This document shows, in pieces, positions 48,931 through 60,199 of a stretch of 64,000 nt of DNA (its first letter is position 1; every line of letters begins with the position of its first letter). The stretch comes from Sphyrna mokarran (lineage: Eukaryota), in assembly GCA_024679065.1 (NCBI GenBank), contig JAGIQG010000014.1, positions 9,610,001 to 9,674,000 of the forward strand. Reading direction: 5' to 3'. A program made the translations under genes and the position numbers. The notes under the pieces are model-generated. The model was given only the letters and a program-made list of their open reading frames with translations. It made no database searches and was not told the origin of the DNA.

Positions 48931-50470
48931 AGAGTTCCCCTTAATGAGGCAGACTGCTTAGTACTAGCATTGTGTGTGATGCAGCTGGAGTTGTAGAAAG
49001 ATAAAGACAAATTGTAGTGAAGGGACTTCTACCTCCCTGGATGTTTCCAGACAGGAAAAAAACATCAGCCACTGAGGGGAGGGGGAGTGCTCTCATCTTG
49101 GGAGATGGGAGGGAGAGAGACAGAGGCTTTGGAGATTGGAGACCTTGTGTCTGGACGCTCAGGACCTCGGTCCCAGCTGCAAGAGGGAGACAGCATCCAG
49201 CAAGGCAAAAGAAAAGACATCAAAAAAATAAGCTGCTGGACTGGTGCTCCACCCGTCAAAGATTTGTGCTTGCAAAGGAAGGAGGAGGGAAGAAGAAAAT
49301 ATTTTCCATCTACAGGGGTGAGGGATGAAAACATTTCACTAGGCCCTCAGGGCCAAAGACCTAAAGTTCCAACACACGCTGCTGCTGTCCCCAACACTGG
49401 CCCCTCCCCCTCCTCTCTTTCTGACCTGTGGCACTAGCCTACCTTAACGCCTTGTCCCTTGTCCTCCTTCCTGCTCCTCTGTCTCCCTCTCTGAAATGAG
49501 GGAGAGAGCACCAGATCATATACCCACCCTCCGTCATTCTCTATCTGCCCCCGCAACACCTGGATAGAGAACCCCCTTTCCCCCTCCTCCTATCATACCT
49601 ACATTCTGTTCTCTCTTTACCCCCTCTCTCAGCCTCCCATAAAGGCCAGAGAGACCTTCACCCAACCCTCCCTCTATTTACATGGTAAAATTAGACCCAG
49701 ATAGTCTCAGGGTGGGCGTAGCATTGTAAACATGATGGCAACTAGGTCATCGCCGCTGGTGTCAGGGCCTTCCAGGACATATATATGGGAGCGGTGACAT
49801 CCAGAGCCTCCTGCTGCTCCCAAGGCCGTGCCACCTTTTGGCCTAATCACAAAGAAATTCGGGGTCAAATGCTATGATCATCTCAACGTGGCAATGCAGG
49901 CCTGCGTTAGGTCAATAGCTGGGACTGTTGGCCCCTTAGCCACTGTAGCAGCCTCAAAAATGTACAGGGAGACTGTATTTTTCCTGAAGAGTGAGTGGGC
50001 AGTTCAACCTTACACTGGAAAACAGGCTCACAGTGGGCAGGACTCTTCTGGTGGTGGAGCCTCTGGAAGCCGCCATTCAGTTGGCCATTCTTTCAAATGT
50101 TCTGCACTTTATCTCCATGGAGCCCCTCCTTCCCCACCTCCATCTACTGGGGGAGGTTATGCCTGGGGTGACCCCATTCATATTTGGCCTTTGGGAACAA
50201 ACAGTCAAGCACATATACCCCTTCCAGCGCCATGTGTTTATGAGCGTGATCTGAAAGAAGTACCTGCAAAGGAGCTTTAATATCCTCTTCAATGGGGTGA
50301 TGTACTGGTTCCTCTAATCCATGAATGGTGTGCGGTGCCATGCTTGTAAGAAGTAAGGCATGTCAGAAAGTACTGCCCTGCCTCCAAGACCGATAGTCCC
50401 CATCCCAAGGTGGCTGCAGCTGGTGCCCAAAGCCAGCCCCACCCAACAAAGTACCAACTGCCTCACCATG
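48931..50470 (+). mobile_element. Tx1-clade copy 2 (5' UTR + ORF1 only), head-to-tail with copy 1
   Basis: 49342 onward is colinear with 44153 onward; ORFs 49828-50280 and 49991-50254 are ORF1-like. Confidence 0.78.
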
Positions 50471-50687
50471 GAGTGAGGATTGGCTATCTTGTTATGATTT
50501 TTTTAGTTTACAATGGCAATTGAATCATTCATTAAAAGGAAATTTAATAAATTTAAAATTTATTTATTAGTGACAGAATAACAATAGTTTGCATTTACAA
50601 GACATCTTCAATGTAACAAAATGTCATGATATCCTTTACATAGTTTTACCATGCCTCATAGTAAAACAACCTATGCTTGTACTCCAA

Positions 50688-50920
50688 TTTTGATTTGATT
50701 TATTATTGTCACATGTATTAGTGTGCAGTGAAAAGTATAGTTTCTTGCACATTATACAGACAAAGCATACTGTTTATAAAGAAGGAAAGGAGAGAATGGA
50801 GAATATCGTGTTATAGACATAGCTAGGTTGCAGAGAAAAATCAACTCAGTGCAAGGTAGGTCCATTCAAAAGTCTGATGGCAGCAGGGAAGAAACTGTCC
50901 TTGATTTGGGTGGTACGTGG
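50688..50920 (-). mobile_element. Rex1-like LINE 3' end
   Basis: Homologous to 18047-18292. Confidence 0.65.
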
Positions 50921-51399
50921 CTAACTTAGTCCGAAAGACACACTGCTATAACTTCCATGCAAGAATGTTGAGAATGCAATTATTTTTTCCAATATATATC
51001 TATGGCACAGTTAAATGTTTCATCACATTCTATAACATTCCTGTGGGTTGAAAATAGTAGACTCCCTGGCTCATCATGTTTTGTGCCATGATAGATCTGT
51101 TCAAAATAAAATAAAAATTGGAATTGTTTGTGCATTTACTTTTTCTTATACGCATTCATTTTAGTTAAATTTCTTAATGCGGATTATCTCTTGGGCATGT
51201 TCATTCCAACAATCTTAAGAACTGGGTTTCTTGTTTCTCAGTGTTGCTTCTACTGCCTCTGTATCCATTTAACCCAAAATTTATTTCTCACTTCATTTTT
51301 AGCTTTTTTTTGCCACTCCATTATTTTACACCAGGCCTTTCCAACTGCATTCTTCTTAAGTATTCAGTCTTTCTTCTAAATTTGGGAAGGTCATTAATT

Positions 51400-51660
51400 T
51401 ATACTGGTCTTTCCATTTCTCCCATTAACACCAATTGTTCGACATTTGTGAGGACCAGATTTTTGCATCCAATGATTTATATTATATTATGCATGACCAT
51501 AGAAAGTGTATCCAGAAAATTAATGGTCATTACTTTTACTTGTGTAACTTTGGTGGGGTATCTACGAAGGACAGCCTACTCAAGGCATCTGTGTTTGCCA
51601 CCTGGTCCCCTGGCCAGTATTCCAACTGATAGATGTAGGTGATCAATAATAACTCCCACA
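51400..51660 (-). mobile_element. Gypsy RNase H C-terminal fragment
   Basis: The minus strand translates YIYQLEYWPGDQVANTDALSRL (the Y.PG..N..ADALSR motif); not in the ORF track. Confidence 0.7.
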
Positions 51661-51667
51661 CAGCTAG

Positions 51668-53585
51668 ATATAGAACATAGAACTTAGAACATTACAACGC
51701 AGAAAAGGCCCTTTGGCCCTCGATGTTGCGCTGACCAATTAAGAAAAAGCATTGACCCTCTAACCTAAATCATTCCCTTTTCATCCATAAAACTATCCAC
51801 TGACCATTTAAATGCCCCAAACTTGGCGCATCCACAACTGCAGCAGGCAGGACATTCCATACCCTTGCCACCCTCTGGGTAAAGAACCTACCTCTGACAT
51901 CCGTTCTATAACTACCACCCCTTAATTTAAAGCTATGTCCCCTCGTGCTAGTTTTCTCCATCCGAGGAAAAAGACTATCACTGTCCACCCTATCTAATCC
52001 TCTGATCATCTTATATGCTTCAATAAGGTCTCCTCTTAGCCACCTTCTTTCTAATGAAAACAACCTCAAATCCCTCAGCCTCTCTTCATAAGACCTGCCC
52101 TCCATACCAGGCAACATCCTGGTAAACCTCCTCTGTACCCTCTCCAATGCCTCCACCTCTTTCTTATAATGTGGGGACCAGAACTGCACACAATACTCCA
52201 AGTGCGGCCGCACTAGAGTTTTGTACAGTTGCAACATGACGTTGCGGCTCCGAAATTCAATCCCCCTACCAATAAAAGCTAAGACTCCATATGCCTTCTT
52301 ACAACCTTATCGACTTGACTGCCTACTTTCAGGGATCTATGCACATATACACCAAGATCCCTCTGTTCATCAACACTATTAAGATCCTACCATTAGCCCT
52401 ATACTCTACACATTTATTATTCCTGCCAAAGTGCATTACCTCACACTTTTCCACATTAAACTCCATTTGCCACCTCTCGGCCCAGCTCTGCAACTTGTCC
52501 AAGTCTCTCTGCAAACTATAACACCCCTCTTCACTATCTACCACTCCACCGACTTTGGTGTCATCTGCAAATTTAATGATCCATCATTCTATACCCTCAT
52601 GCAGATCATTTATAAAAATTACAAACAGCAGGGGACCCAAAACAGATCCCTGAGGTACACCACTTGTAACCGAACTCCATGATGAATAATTCCCATCAAC
52701 CACCACCCTCTGTCTTCTATCAGCTAGCCAATTCCTAATCCAATTAGCTAAATCAGCCTCAATCCCATACATCTGCATTTTCTGCAGAAGCCTTCCATGG
52801 GGAACCTTATCGAACGCCTTACTAAAGTCCATATATACCACGTCAACTGCCTTACCCTTATCCACCTCTTTGGTCACCTTTTCAAAAAACTCAATAAGGT
52901 TTGTGAGGCATGACAAAAGCATGCTGACTATCCCCAATCAATTCATTTCTCTCTAAATTACTATAAATGCTATCCCTAATAATTCTTTCCAATACTTTGC
53001 CCACAAAGTCTTACCAGTGAGTCTTACCAGTAAGACTCACTGGTCTATAATTCCCAGGATAGTCTCTATTCCCCTTCTTGAACAATGGGACAACATTCAC
53101 TATCCTCCAGTCTTCCGGCACTATACCTGTAATCAACGACGACCTGAAGATCAGAGCCAAAGGCTCTGCAATCACCTCTCTTGCTTCCCAGAGAATCCTA
53201 GGGTAAATCCTGTCAGGCCCAGGGACTTATCTATTCTCAAACCCTCAAGAATATATAGCACATCCTCCTTATCTACTTCAATACTTTCCAGTTTACAACC
53301 CTGTATCCCAGTGTTCTTCACAACTACATTTACGTCTCCCTGCGTGAATACCGAAGAGAAATATTTGTTCAGTGCCTCTCCGATCTCTTCAGGCTCCATG
53401 CACAACTTCCCACTGCTGTCTCTGACTGGCCCTAATCTTGCCCTAACCAATCTTCTATTCTTAACATATCTAAAGAAAGCTTTCGGATTCTCCTCGATTC
53501 TATCAGCCAAAGTCTTCTCGTGTCCTCTTTTAACTCTTCTTAACTCACTCTTTAGCTCCCTCCTGGCTAGTCTATAACTTTCCTA
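51668..53585 (-). mobile_element. Young CR1 LINE, 5'-truncated (~1.9 kb)
   Basis: ORFs 51770-52237, 52329-52544, 52584-52937 and 53172-53510; same subfamily as 41613-42958. Confidence 0.96.
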
Positions 53586-53694
53586 TGTGGGCTGATACCA
53601 TCAGTGGCATCACTTTGTCCTCCTTTAGTAGCCACAGTGTTGGCTTGTGATCGTTGACAATCACGAATTTCTGCCCGTAAAAGGATTGATGGCA

Positions 53695-53880
53695 CAAAAA
53701 CAGACAATGCTGGAAAATCTCAGCAAGTCTGGTAACACCTGTGGAGAAAGGATAGAACCGGCATTTTGAATCCTGACTCGAAACTTTGGCCCCGTTCTCT
53801 TTCTACACATGCTGCCAGACTTGCTGAGATTTTGCTGCTGTTTCTGTTTCCGATTGCAGCGTCAGCAGTAATTTGCCTTT
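53695..53880. repeat. Inverted repeat (fold-back) of Penelope-family terminal sequence
   Basis: AAAATCTCAGCAAGTCTGG (~53714) is the exact reverse complement of CCAGACTTGCTGAGATTTT (~53815); the arms meet at 'ttttgaatc-ct-gactcgaaac'. Confidence 0.8.
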
Positions 53881-54033
53881 ATCAGCAGGAAGTTGTTTTT
53901 ACTGGCAGCGAGGGACATGACTGCCAGCCGAACTCGCTGTTCAGGAGGCAGCAGACACACAGGTCCCGCCTACAAAGTGACAGGTCGCGAGAGGACGGCG
54001 GGGCTCCCAGGTAGGTGGCTGGACAGGCCAACC

Positions 54034-54183
54034 CATGATGTGGAAATGCCGACGTTGGACTGGGGTGAAGAGTAAGAAGTTTTACAACACCAGGTTAAAG
54101 TCCATCCAGTTTCTTTGATAGTAAAGTCACAAACCCAAAGCTTGTGGGTGTAATTTATCAGATTAACTGGTTGGACTTTAACG
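54034..54183. repeat. Fold-back of Penelope terminus centred on AAGCTT (54138-54143)
   Basis: The left arm is the minus-strand terminus (gttaaagtccatccagtttctttgatag); the right arm is the plus-strand terminus (tatcagattaactggttggactttaac). Confidence 0.75.
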
Positions 54184-54375
54184 CGGCCAACCCTGTCAGC
54201 GCGCGATGGGAAAGCACCCAACGGCAGCGAGGAAGAATCAGCAGCAGTGCGCCTGCGCCGGATTTGAACGCGGCCGTGTGAATAATAACTCTGCGCAGGC
54301 GCGGCGATGTGTTCGGTTGTTCATCCGGGGAATATTCCAGTGACGGGTGTGAGCAGTGTGTGGATCACGGTAAGG
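54184..54375 (+). promoter_or_regulatory. CpG-rich promoter / non-coding first exon candidate
   Basis: CpG density far above background; two opposed NRF1-like motifs (GTGCGCCTGCGC at 54247, CTGCGCAGGCGC at 54291); donor ACG|GTAAGG at 54370. Confidence 0.55.
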
Positions 54376-55229
54376 AGGTAATAGCTTCAAAATGAGTGAA
54401 TACAGATAATTTTTAGGGAGTTAACTTTTAACTCATAGGGAGTGACTATGTTACATTATTGTTATGCTATGTAATCAACCGACGACGCCAAGCTCGTTTG
54501 AAAGCCGAATTTCAGATTTTACTGGATGAGTCAAACCCGAGGAGGGTAAAGCCAGTGAGGTCAAAACAGAGTTTAATTTGGAGAGGATGGAGACTGTGAG
54601 AATGGACAGTATGCAAGTCAGGGGTATAGAGCCAGCAAGCTCAGACAGCGTGAAACCTGCGGAAGATGAAGCCATCCTTCAACAAGTTATACAAATAAAT
54701 GAGTGACCAAAGATTTGGCAGAAAATCTGGAATGGACATGTTTGATTGTCCACCTTGGCAGGGAGGTGAGAAAATGAAATAATTTGTGTGGAGAGAGTCC
54801 ATCATTCTGGAGTGTGAACAAATCCGTATCTACTTCTATAGGATTCACGAATAGTTAGCGTGTGGGAAAGATAATTAATTGGGAAATTAGATTCAATAAC
54901 TGAAAGCACTGGATGCACTCTGTAGGTCTAATAACATCTACAGAGGGAAAAAAAAGAGTTAACTGGTGGGATTTTGAACCTCTGGTGTGTTTGGCAGCCT
55001 GTTATTGGTGGATGGCAGGATCTTTTCAGTCACCCTGATGATAACTGGTTTCCTGTTGTGCATACCCCCCACAGTGATGTCTTGCTGTTAATGGATTCAG
55101 ATGAGCTTGCTAATGAGAAAGGTCTTAATGTCCTGCCCAATTTTTTGAGTCTGTATGACATAATAAATTGGCATGAATTAAGAATTGGTTTGCAGGCAGT
55201 AAAGAGAGACTTGGAATAAATCAGTCTAT

Positions 55230-55812
55230 TTTGAATTGGCAGGTAGTGACTAGTAAATCTCACATATTTGTGCCTGGGCTCCTGCTGTTCACAATGTAAT
55301 CAATGATTTCAATGCTTTGAAAGGATGAACCAAAAATAATATTTAATAGTTTACTGATGATAAAATATTTAGTGGGGATGTGAGTTGTGAGGAGTAGATA
55401 GAGAAGTTTCAAGGTGATTCAGACAAGTCAGAAGGGAAATTCATGGCAGATGCATTGTGTAATGTGGAAAAATGTGATGTTAACGGCTTTGGACTATGAC
55501 ACAGAATGGAATGGTATTATTTAAATGGTAATAGATGGGTAATGTTGATATGCAAAGGGATTGGATGTCCTAGCACACAGTCAGTGAAAGCAAGCATACT
55601 GTATGTTTACAGCACAGTTAGCTTCCTGTATGTTTACTGTCATTGCGAGAGGACTTGAATACAGGAATAAGAATATCTTACTGCAATTGTGCAAGGCCTT
55701 AGTGAGACCAGATCTGAAATATTTTGGTCTCCTTATCTAAGAGATGATATACTTCCGATAGAGGGAGTGTAGCAAAGGTTCACCACTGATTCCTGGCATG
55801 GCAGGATTATCA
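55230..55812 (+). mobile_element. Old CR1 fragment, resuming at 57514-57770 after a nested insertion
   Basis: Decayed RT motifs; the 'ggcaggattatca' context continues as 'tatcacatcag...ctggagttttgaaaaatgagagg' after 57514. Confidence 0.7.
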
Positions 55813-57513
55813 AAGAACAAAAAACAAAACAACATGGGAAACAGGCCCTTTGGCCCAACAAGCCCGTGCTGCCACCCTGATGTTTCCACCGCTACCTGTG
55901 ATCCCTGTCTATGTTTATAGATCTATGGATTAAAAAAACAAATTTGAGACCATTTAGGGAGAATTTGTTTTGCCAATTAGCCTAAGAGCACATCTTTGGG
56001 ATGTGGGAGGAAACCGGAGCACCGGAGAAAACCCACGCAAGCACGGGGAGAATGCGCAAACTCCCACAGACACAGGCCCAAATCCATGTATCTGCACAGC
56101 ACAGCGATAGTCACTGAGCTGTCGTGTTGCTCATCAAATGGTCCAGGTCAAGCGAACACTAACAACGTGAAGCAGTAGGATACTCTGGAAAAAAAACCCA
56201 AGAGCAGCCCTCTCACAACCCATCGTGTGTATGCCCCTTGTTAGACTACAAGGTAGACCAAAGCACCTGGAGGATAAAAACAAGTACATCAATATCATCA
56301 TCTATTTACACGCTTCCCAGGGGCTCCCAAGGCTCATGATCCCTATTTTAAATCAGTTTTCTATATCCCTCCATTCCCATTCTGTTCATGTGCCCATATA
56401 AGTATTTCTTAAGTAACTCCAGAGTAGCTGCCTCCACCACTTGACTTGGCAGCACATTCCATACATCCACCACCCTCTGTGTGAAAAAACTCCCTCTGGC
56501 ATCCAAATTATATCTTACCCCCCTCACCCTAAGCCCGTGACCTCTCGTGCTATTTGAGTCCATCCTAGGAAAAAAGCTTAACCCTACTTACTGTATCTAT
56601 ACCCCTCATAATCTTGTACACCTCTATTAGATCTCCTCTAAGTCTACGTCTTTCTAAAGAAAACAGTCCCAATTTGCCTAACCTCTCCTCGTAACTCAGA
56701 CCTTCCATACCAAGCAGCATCCTGGTAAACCTCCTCTGCACTGTCTCCGGAGTCTCCACGTCCTTCCGGTAGTGAGGCAACCAGAACTGGACGCAGTATT
56801 CCAAATGAGGTCTAACCAATGTTTTATACAACTGCAACATTAAAGGCCAGCTCTTGTACTCTATACCTTTCCTATAAAGGCTAGCATACCCTATGCTTTC
56901 TTCACAACCTGCTCTGCCACCTTCAGAGACTTGTGCACCTGCACCCCCAGGTCCCTCTGCGTTTATATACTCTTAATAGGTCTACCCTTTATCATATACC
57001 TCCCTGCTACATTCTTTTTCCCAAAATGCATCACCTCGCATTTATCAGGATTGAATTTCATCTGCCATCTATCTGCCCAAGCTACCAGCCTATCTTTGTT
57101 CTGCTGCATCGCGTAACAATGCTCCTCACTATCCGCAAGTCCAGCCATCTTTGTATCATCTGCAAACTTGCTGATTACTCCACTTACTTCCTCTTCCAAG
57201 TCATTTATATATATTACAAATAGAAAGAGGTCCCAGTACCGAGCCCTGTGGCACGCCACGAGTGACCAACCTCCAGCGAGAAAAACACCCTTCTACTGTT
57301 AGTCTCTGTTCCCTATTACTAAGCCAGTTACTTATCCATCTAGCTACCTGTCCTTGTATCCCATGAGCCTTGATCATGTCAACTAACCTCCCATGAGGGA
57401 CTTTGTCAAACGCCTTCCTGAAATCCATATAGACAACATCAACGGCTCGCCCTTCATCAACCGTTTTCGTCACCTCTTCAAAAAATTCTACTAGATTCGT
57501 ATGGCACAACCTC
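55813..57513 (-). mobile_element. CR1 LINE (subfamily 3) with a 3' UTR containing an HE1-like SINE; chimera copy 3
   Basis: RT ORFs 57201-57509, 56963-57259, 56565-56840 and 56348-56563 run into a ~530-nt UTR (56347-55813); TATCA flanks both ends. Confidence 0.9.
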
Positions 57514-57789
57514 TATCACATCAGAAGTGACTGGGTTTTCTGGAGTTTTGAAAAATGAGAGGAAATCCAGTAGAAATGTATAAAATTCTTAAAGGGCTGG
57601 ACAGATTGAATCATTTATTGAATATATTTAAGAAGGGAATATAAAGATGTTCAGACTGTAAAGTGCTGGAATATGTTGAGGTAGAGGAGCAGTCATGATC
57701 AGATTGAATGATGGAACAGACACAGTGTACTGAATATCCTGCTCTTGCTCATCTTTTCTTTGCTTCTATGATGCACTGAAACTCCATAA

Positions 57790-57965
57790 ATGCTGGCAAT
57801 ATCCTGATATTTTGGAACACTCTACACATCTATCGCTAACATGATATTCTATGGAAATCTCTATTCACCTGGCAGGATCCTGATACACTATGAAATCCTG
57901 TGCAAACCTCGCAAAATCCTGACACTCTAGGAAACCCTGCTTACACCTGGCAGTATCGTGAAACT
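57790..57965 (+). repeat. Degenerate ~40-bp tandem repeat, 4-5 copies
   Basis: Units such as 'acctggcaggatcctgatacactatgaaatcctgtgcaa' and 'acctcgcaaaatcctgacactctaggaaaccctgcttac'. Confidence 0.65.
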
Positions 57966-57994
57966 TTCTCATCAATGTTTGCAGCCCAGGACTA

Positions 57995-58160
57995 CGTAAG
58001 ACTCGCATAAGACTTGCATTCTAATCAGTATTCTGTAAACTGTGTGTGCCTTTATATGCCCTGTCTGTGATCAGAACTCACACTCACCTGACAAAGCTAG
58101 TGGTATTTGCTACCAAATAAACCTGTTGGACTTTAACCTCGTGTTGTAATCTTCTTACTG
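57995..58160 (+). mobile_element. Penelope terminal fragment; hammerhead stem II deleted
   Basis: 'cactcacCTGAC|AAAGCTAgtgg...ccaaataaacctgttggactttaacc'. Confidence 0.7.
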
Positions 58161-59194
58161 AGATTAGATTACACAGAATATTGCATATCTTTGTAGCTAG
58201 GGAGTCGTATTTCTCTGTCCTCTTGTTCTTTTTTGGTGAGAACTCCCATTCTATTTATATGCTTCTGATAATTTAAGCCCAAATTCTCTTTTCTCCCACT
58301 TCCTTTAATTTTATCTAAGGGTGGTTCAATGGTTTCTCAGATATGTTGAGGTGTAATTTTCCCAAGAATTATGATGTGATTGCATGATCTGTGGAATCTA
58401 ATGAAACACTACAAATTGTTGTGTCTCCAATATTTCTGTTAGTCTTGCTGAATTTGCAGCAGTAAGCCCATCCATTATCATCCAATTAATTATTTTCAGT
58501 TGGAGAAGGTTAGACACTTAGGAAGCACAACAATCATTGAGAGAAAGGAACGTGGGAATGAGAGCTTTAAAATCAAGGCTTTCCTGCGCTGGGACCTAAC
58601 TTAGATTGTGAGCACAGTGTTGAAGTATTAGCAGGCAGCTGGAGTGACCCTGTTATAAAATAGGCTTGAGTATGGGGAAGTAGTTTTCTCTCTGTTTAAC
58701 AACACTATTTTTTAAAATTCTATTTTTAAATGATTAACACTTATCTTTCAAGACTCATACAACTTTCACACACCAGAAAGCAGCTGGGACATGTTTGATT
58801 AAAAGTCCAAACTTCACGGAACTTGAGTAATTGTACAGTTTCAGTTAGAAACATAATAATTTATTACTTGAATTGGCTGTGAGGCAGTATTTAATAACAC
58901 GTTGTTTGAACAAGATTAGTTGTGTAGTTAAAGGAGTTGCTAAACCAATATGATTGTCTTTTTGAACAGCAGCGTCCAGTCAAAGGGTGGAGTTAGAGTC
59001 AGAGTTGTTTCAATCCATCAGGAAGGGATACATATTATGAAGATTAGCTCCAGTTGTGATTGAAAGCAAACCAGGAACAACCTCAGGACTACTGACAATG
59101 AGTTCACAAAAACAGACCTGGCAGACTCCAGAGGGAAATGCACAATGTGTGCAACAAGGTAAGATTAATATAGTTTCTGAGCCTATCTTCTATG

Positions 59195-59857
59195 ATCAGG
59201 ATTTTACGTTCGTCAGGTTATTGCACATGAAAACCCAGTGAAGATGTTGGAAGCATGTTCCAACATCATCGCGTACCCATGTAATAGTTGTTTGGCAATT
59301 GCAAGTGAGTTGGAAAAATGCCAGCAGACAACGAAGCAGGCAATTTAGCCCATTAAGCGGCCAATTGAGTGGAATTTTACAGGCTCATCTGCTTTTATGG
59401 CTGGTGAGTTGGTCACTTGGCCGAGCAACCTTTAATTTTTAGCTGCAACCTGAATCCAGGGTGGGATAAATTGTTGAAGCTGAAATGAAATTTAAGTGGA
59501 ATCTGGGGATTGAAGTCTATGTTTGTTTGTGCTTGCTGAACACTCGTGGAATAGTTTTAACATCAACATTTGTTTTGTTTGCGGGTCAGCAGCTTCCTTA
59601 GACAGCACTGCATTAGCTGACCATTGAGGGAACACATCAAAAATGCCACCCTGCACCCTCCCTTTTCTTGGTACCCATCTCTTTCTGCTGCTCTCGGCAG
59701 TTGTCAGCCTTTCACAGAGTGAGTTTCTCACTGGATGTCTGTTAACTGGCTATCCAATATGAAATTGCTTTCTGCAGCTATTTGTAGGCAGGAACACAGG
59801 TCACGTTTGCTTCTAAGCCTGTCAAATTTGAGTGCCCAACAGGAAAATATTCAGGCC
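59195..59857. mobile_element. Possible old non-autonomous DNA transposon
   Basis: The ends 'caggattttacg' and 'ggaaaatattcaggcc' resemble the TIRs of the 15766 MITE; weak. Confidence 0.35.
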
Positions 59858-60199
59858 TACATCCTTCTATTATCTTTCTTGTTAAAGACATGTTCTCCCC
59901 ATTGAGATTATGTTGAACAGGCTGCCTTAACCGTTCCTTTTCCATACGGTTATACTCGATAATTGTCTATGCTCTTACGGTGATGAATGATGAATTGTTT
60001 AACAGTGAAGTCCCAGAATGAGCCCACTACTGTTCTCCACAGTACAACAAAGTGAGATGGATCAGTGTTGTCATATTTTAGCCAGTTCAAGCAGAATTGG
60101 GCCTTGGTCTTACTTTCATTTATATTGGTCTGATCATTACTGCACCTTACTCTATACCTTGGGGAAACTTTTAATTTGGGAATTACTTGACTTTTTCAA

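Noticed and set aside
51128-51642. Hydrophobic plus-strand ORFs as a third GPCR remnant
   Set aside because: There are no GPCR motifs, and the minus strand encodes a Gypsy RNase H motif.
53017-53577. 186-aa plus-strand ORF (and similar ORFs at 18695, 28405, 41976, 52431, 60637)
   Set aside because: These are antisense shadows of CR1 ORF2.
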